Origin: an uncultured archaeon
GTDB taxonomy: Archaea > Aenigmatarchaeota > Aenigmatarchaeia > GW2011-AR5
Length of the DNA stretch: 10,091 nt
Direction of reading: 5' to 3'
Assembly: GCA_964373695.1 (NCBI GenBank)
Contig: CAYJVT010000028.1
Location: forward strand, 1 to 10,091
The translations under genes and the position numbers were made by a program. Positions 8,038-10,091 of this stretch are shown here, one piece after another. The notes beneath the pieces were generated by a model, which worked only from the letters and a program-made list of their open reading frames with translations, was not told the origin of the DNA and did not search any database. Every line of letters begins with the position of its first letter. Position 1 is the stretch's first letter.

Positions 8038-8045
8038 TATTTAAG
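8038..8045. promoter_or_regulatory. Candidate bidirectional TATA element between rnhB and the tRNA gene
   Basis: TATTTAAG on + (27 nt before tRNA position 1) and CTTAAATA on - (22 nt before the rnhB ATG). Confidence 0.5.
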
Positions 8046-8103
8046 AATTGCAGCAATAGACTATTTGATTATAGCGGGGTAGAGCAGCCTGGAGTGCTCG
8101 TCG

Positions 8104-8133
8104 AAATTGCATCTTTCTGGTGCATATACGAAT
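8104..8133 (+). other. tRNA intron 1, position 29/30, 30 nt
   Basis: BHB central helix TCGT(8098-8101)/ACGA(8128-8131), bulges CG|A and AT|G, inner hairpin TGCATC/GGTGCA. Confidence 0.85.
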
Positions 8134-8141
8134 GGCCCATA

Positions 8142-8155
8142 AGCTGTTCTAGGAC
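8142..8155 (+). other. tRNA intron 2, canonical position 37/38, 14 nt, relaxed BHB
   Basis: Central helix CCCA(8136-8139)/TAGG(8150-8153) with one C-A mismatch; bulges TA|A and AC|A. Confidence 0.8.
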
Positions 8156-8161
8156 ACCCGG

Positions 8162-8191
8162 AAGCAAGAACCACATATTCTTGCTGGGTAC
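8162..8191 (+). other. tRNA intron 3, position 43/44, 30 nt
   Basis: Central helix ACCC(8156-8159)/GGGT(8186-8189), bulges GG|A and AC|A, perfect 8-bp inner stem AGCAAGAA/TTCTTGCT. Confidence 0.88.
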
Positions 8192-8207
8192 AGGTCGTAG
8201 GTTCAAA

Positions 8208-8231
8208 TGTCTTTGCATCAAAGACTGAAAA
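8208..8231 (+). other. tRNA intron 4, T-loop position 59/60, 24 nt
   Basis: Strict BHB: outer GTAGG/CCTAC, central TTCA/TGAA, bulges AA|T and AA|T, inner stem GTCTTTG/CAAAGAC. Confidence 0.92.
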
Positions 8232-8242
8232 TCCTACCCCCG

Positions 8243-8368
8243 CTATTGTAATATTTTATCCAGTTTATTGTAATGCTTGGGGTTATTTGTTCCGACTGTT
8301 GCAAGCCATTTTCTCATCTGATTCTTTCCGTTTATTCTAAGTCTTATTTTACCCTTATCCAGCGCCTG
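8243..8368 (-). pseudogene. C-terminal remnant of a LAGLIDADG-like endonuclease domain
   Basis: QALDKGKIRLRINGKNQMRKWLATVGTNNPKHYNKLDKILQ* resembles the 'LRIxGKxxxxKWxxxIGxxNPKH' end of archaeal LAGLIDADG domains (from recall). No LAGLIDADG helix is present, and the 5' part abuts the palindromic element. Confidence 0.55.
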
Positions 8369-8369
8369 A

Positions 8370-8417
8370 ATTGTCAATGACCACCGCCTGAAGACGGTGG
8401 CTTGTCTGCAAAAGAGC
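8370..8417 (+). mobile_element. 48-bp palindromic element, copy 1; resembles an IS200/IS605-family (TnpB/IscB-type) subterminal hairpin end
   Basis: ATTGTCAATGACCACCGCCTGAAGACGGTGGCTTGTCTGCAAAAGAGC. The layout GTCAA..[stem]-CTRAAG-[stem]-GCTTG is typical of such ends (from recall). No transposase in the window. Confidence 0.6.
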
Positions 8418-8434
8418 AAAGCTCTTTTGAGATG
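8403..8434. repeat. Bulged triloop hairpin module
   Basis: TGTCT-G-CAAAAGAGC-AAA-GCTCTTTTG-AGATG. Confidence 0.85.
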
Positions 8435-8596
8435 CCAAAGACCTTTATGAGAAACCAACCTTTTATGTCAACAAATGAAGTATCGGAAGCCCTCTCTATG
8501 GGGTATGATACTACACTGAAGTATCTTATAGAACTGCATAAATCAAACAATATAAGTCTAAAAATGGTCGGCAATAGAAGGTTCTGGTACAAGTAA
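8432..8596 (+). CDS. Small winged helix-turn-helix protein, possibly N-terminally truncated (54 aa from ATG8432)
   Basis: MSTNEVSEALSMGYDTTLKYLIELHKSNNISLKMVGNRRFWY fits the HTH-plus-wing pattern of small archaeal wHTH proteins. The track's TTG8402 start lies inside the palindromic element. Confidence 0.65.
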   Translation: MPKTFMRNQPFMSTNEVSEALSMGYDTTLKYLIELHKSNNISLKMVGNRRFWYK

Positions 8597-8603
8597 ATTT
8601 TAT

Positions 8604-8630
8604 TTATACGGCTGTTATACTAATTTATAC
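8604..8630 (+). promoter_or_regulatory. Three helically phased TTATAC repeats upstream of pus10; the middle copy is at TATA distance
   Basis: TTATAC at 8604, 8615 and 8625. Confidence 0.5.
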
Positions 8631-8641
8631 TAGGATTCTAT

Positions 8642-9856
8642 ATGGATATCATGGAGAAAGCTTTCAAGATATTGAAGCAGCCCGTGTGCGACTCGTGCCT
8701 CGGCAGGCAGTATGCCCAGCTCCTGTCGGGATACTCGAACGAGGAGAGGGGCCGCGCCGTCAGGACTCTTGTAGCGATGCACATAGACAGGGCCGACGCG
8801 AAGCATGAAATGGACATGTCCAACTTCTCAGATTACGACTTCCACAGCCTGGAGATGCTGAAGCCTGCAGGGAAGAAATGCTCGGTATGCGACGGTCTTC
8901 TCGGGAATGTCGGCAAGCTGGCGAAAGGCATAGCAAGAAAAGCGTCCAGATACGATTTCAGGACGTTCCTAGTCGGCACGAAGCTGTCGTTTGATATCCT
9001 CAGCAGGGAGGAAGAGCTGTGGGAGCGCATAGGCGTGGACGACTGCGAACCGCTGAAGGCCGAGCTCAACAGGGAAGTCGGGAAGCGGCTGGAAAAGCTA
9101 ATGCCGGGGAAGAAATTCGACCCGAAGAAGCCGGATGTCAACTTCATAGTCGACCTGAACGACAACGCCACCGGGATATCGGTCAATCCTGTATTCATCT
9201 ACGGCGAGTACCAGAAGCTCGTGCGCGGCATACCGCAGACCAAGTGGCCATCTGGGAAGTACAAGAATAGCGTGGAGCAAATCATCGCGAAACCTTTCAT
9301 GAAGGCGTCGAAGGGCAAAATCCACAAGCTGCATGCACAGGGCCGCGAGGACATAGACGCCAGATGCCTGGCGTGGAGACCTTTCGTCCTGGAGATCACG
9401 GAGCCTAAGAACAGGACGTTCAAGCTGAAGTCCCTTGAGAAAAAGGTGGGGAAGGGCGTGAAAGTCAGGAACATGAGGCTCACGGACGTCGATGAAGTAA
9501 GGAAGTTGAAGGAAGCGAGGTCCGACAAGACGTACCAGGCAGTCGTGAAGTGCGAGAATCCTATTCAGAGAAAGGACCTTTCCAAGATTAAGCGCCTCAT
9601 AACCGAGATAAAGCAGAGGACGCCGCAGCGCGTCGCCCACAGGCGCAGCGACCTGCTGAGGAAGAGGAAGGTGAAGTCCATCAAGGCCAGGTATGTCGAC
9701 AAGAAGACGTTCATTATGACTGTCAGAGGCGAAGCAGGCCTCTATATTAAAGAACTCATAAACGGCGACTCGGGCCGGACGCAGCCATCGGTGTCGGAAA
9801 TCCTCGGCATGCCTTGCGTATGCAAGGAGCTTGACGTTGTCAATATCCACAAATAA
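8642..9856 (+). CDS. pus10: tRNA pseudouridine(54/55) synthase Pus10
   Basis: CDSCLGR N-terminus, ELNREVGK (THUMP-like region), YQKLVRGIPQTKW, catalytic GREDIDAR, KQRTPQRVAHRR, GLYIKELINGDSGRTQPS. Confidence 0.95.
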   Translation: MDIMEKAFKILKQPVCDSCLGRQYAQLLSGYSNEERGRAVRTLVAMHIDRADAKHEMDMSNFSDYDFHSLEMLKPAGKKCSVCDGLLGNVGKLAKGIARKASRYDFRTFLVGTKLSFDILSREEELWERIGVDDCEPLKAELNREVGKRLEKLMPGKKFDPKKPDVNFIVDLNDNATGISVNPVFIYGEYQKLVRGIPQTKWPSGKYKNSVEQIIAKPFMKASKGKIHKLHAQGREDIDARCLAWRPFVLEITEPKNRTFKLKSLEKKVGKGVKVRNMRLTDVDEVRKLKEARSDKTYQAVVKCENPIQRKDLSKIKRLITEIKQRTPQRVAHRRSDLLRKRKVKSIKARYVDKKTFIMTVRGEAGLYIKELINGDSGRTQPSVSEILGMPCVCKELDVVNIHK

Positions 9857-9895
9857 GCGTTTTTAAACGTCTAAAATCACATCTACCAAGATGGG

Positions 9896-10055
9896 ATTGT
9901 CAACGGCCACCGCCTAATCACAAGTCAAGCGAAGCTTGACTTTGATCCTTCAAAGAGCGCAGCTCTTTGGGGTGTTGAAATTGCTTTGCAATTTCACACA
10001 TTCACAGAAGCCTTCGGCTTCTGATGAAAAGGCGGTGGCTTGTCTGCAAAAGAGC
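9896..10055 (+). mobile_element. Palindromic element copy 2, interrupted in its loop by a 112-bp hairpin cassette
   Basis: Joining 9896-9916 to 10029-10055 gives ATTGTCAACGGCCACCGCCTAAAGGCGGTGGCTTGTCTGCAAAAGAGC, 44/48 identical to copy 1. Perfect 10-bp stem 9906-9915/10030-10039. Confidence 0.75.
9917..10028. repeat. Array of four non-identical bulged triloop hairpins
   Basis: A 9917-9946 (loop GAA), B 9947-9972 (GCA), C 9973-10000 (TTT), D 10001-10028 (TTC); no spacers between them. Confidence 0.9.
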
Positions 10056-10091
10056 TTTGGTTTTCATACATTTGTGCATTCAAGTGCAACA

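Larger units (their letters stand above)
8073..8245 (+). tRNA. Initiator tRNA-Met (CAU) with four introns; CCA not encoded
   Basis: Spliced sequence AGCGGGG TA GAGC AGCCTGGAGT GCTC G TCGGG CCCATAA CCCGG AGGTC GTAGG TTCAAAT CCTAC CCCCGCT A (75 nt). All stems pair. A1:U72 and three G:C pairs at 29-31/39-41 are initiator hallmarks. Confidence 0.93.

Noticed and set aside
8233-8245. tRNA 3' end as the att site of an integrated element
   Set aside because: No duplicate of the tRNA 3' end and no integrase found in the window.
8431-8442. GATGCCAAAGAC nearly complementary to intron 4 (GTCTTTGCATC)
   Set aside because: An 11-nt match needing one indel is plausible by chance in a local search.
8369-8458. 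N-terminal half of track ORF 8243..8458
   Set aside because: It is a translation of the palindromic element and hairpin from a TTG start. Only 8243-8368 looks protein-like.
8374-8592. 72-aa minus-strand ORF
   Set aside because: Antisense to the more convincing wHTH frame and runs through the palindrome; no motif.
9098-9850. 250-aa antisense ORF
   Set aside because: Lies entirely opposite pus10; explained by codon bias.
9917-10028. CRISPR array
   Set aside because: No recurring direct repeat separates the units, and there is no leader or cas gene.
9917-10028. Cassette or its units as BHB-type introns
   Set aside because: The bulges are single nucleotides. I could not build a 3-4-3 bulge-helix-bulge on either strand that competes with the perfect 10-bp host stem.
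9860-10091. SRP RNA or a complete omegaRNA/HEARO after pus10 (TTTTTAAA at 9860-9867 could be a TATA box)
   Set aside because: No SRP Alu or helix-8 motifs are visible, there is no downstream GTTGAC partner for GTCAAC, and no IscB/TnpB ORF is in view. The window ends here, so the downstream context is unknown.

Overview
Archaeal genomic window, probably from a DPANN-type lineage (inferred from archaeal AspRS, RNase HII, Pus10, TATA-type promoters and compact gene packing). Gene order: MFS transporter(+), enolase(+), small membrane protein(-), 806-aa Cys-rich secreted protein(-), AspRS(-), EMC6-like membrane protein(-), RNase HII(-), initiator tRNA-Met(+), LAGLIDADG-like relic(-), small winged-HTH ORF(+), Pus10(+), then structured non-coding DNA. 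Two things stand out. First, the tRNA-iMet(CAU) gene (8073-8245) reconstructs to a clean 75-nt cloverleaf only after removing FOUR introns (29/30, 37/38, 43/44, 59/60), each with a BHB-type splice motif. Second, a 48-bp IS200/IS605-end-like palindrome occurs twice. In the second copy the loop holds a 112-bp insert tiled exactly by four different 26-30 bp bulged triloop hairpins in a +,+,-,- arrangement, and related hairpin modules recur in other intergenic regions. All alignments and folds were done by eye; no database searches were run.
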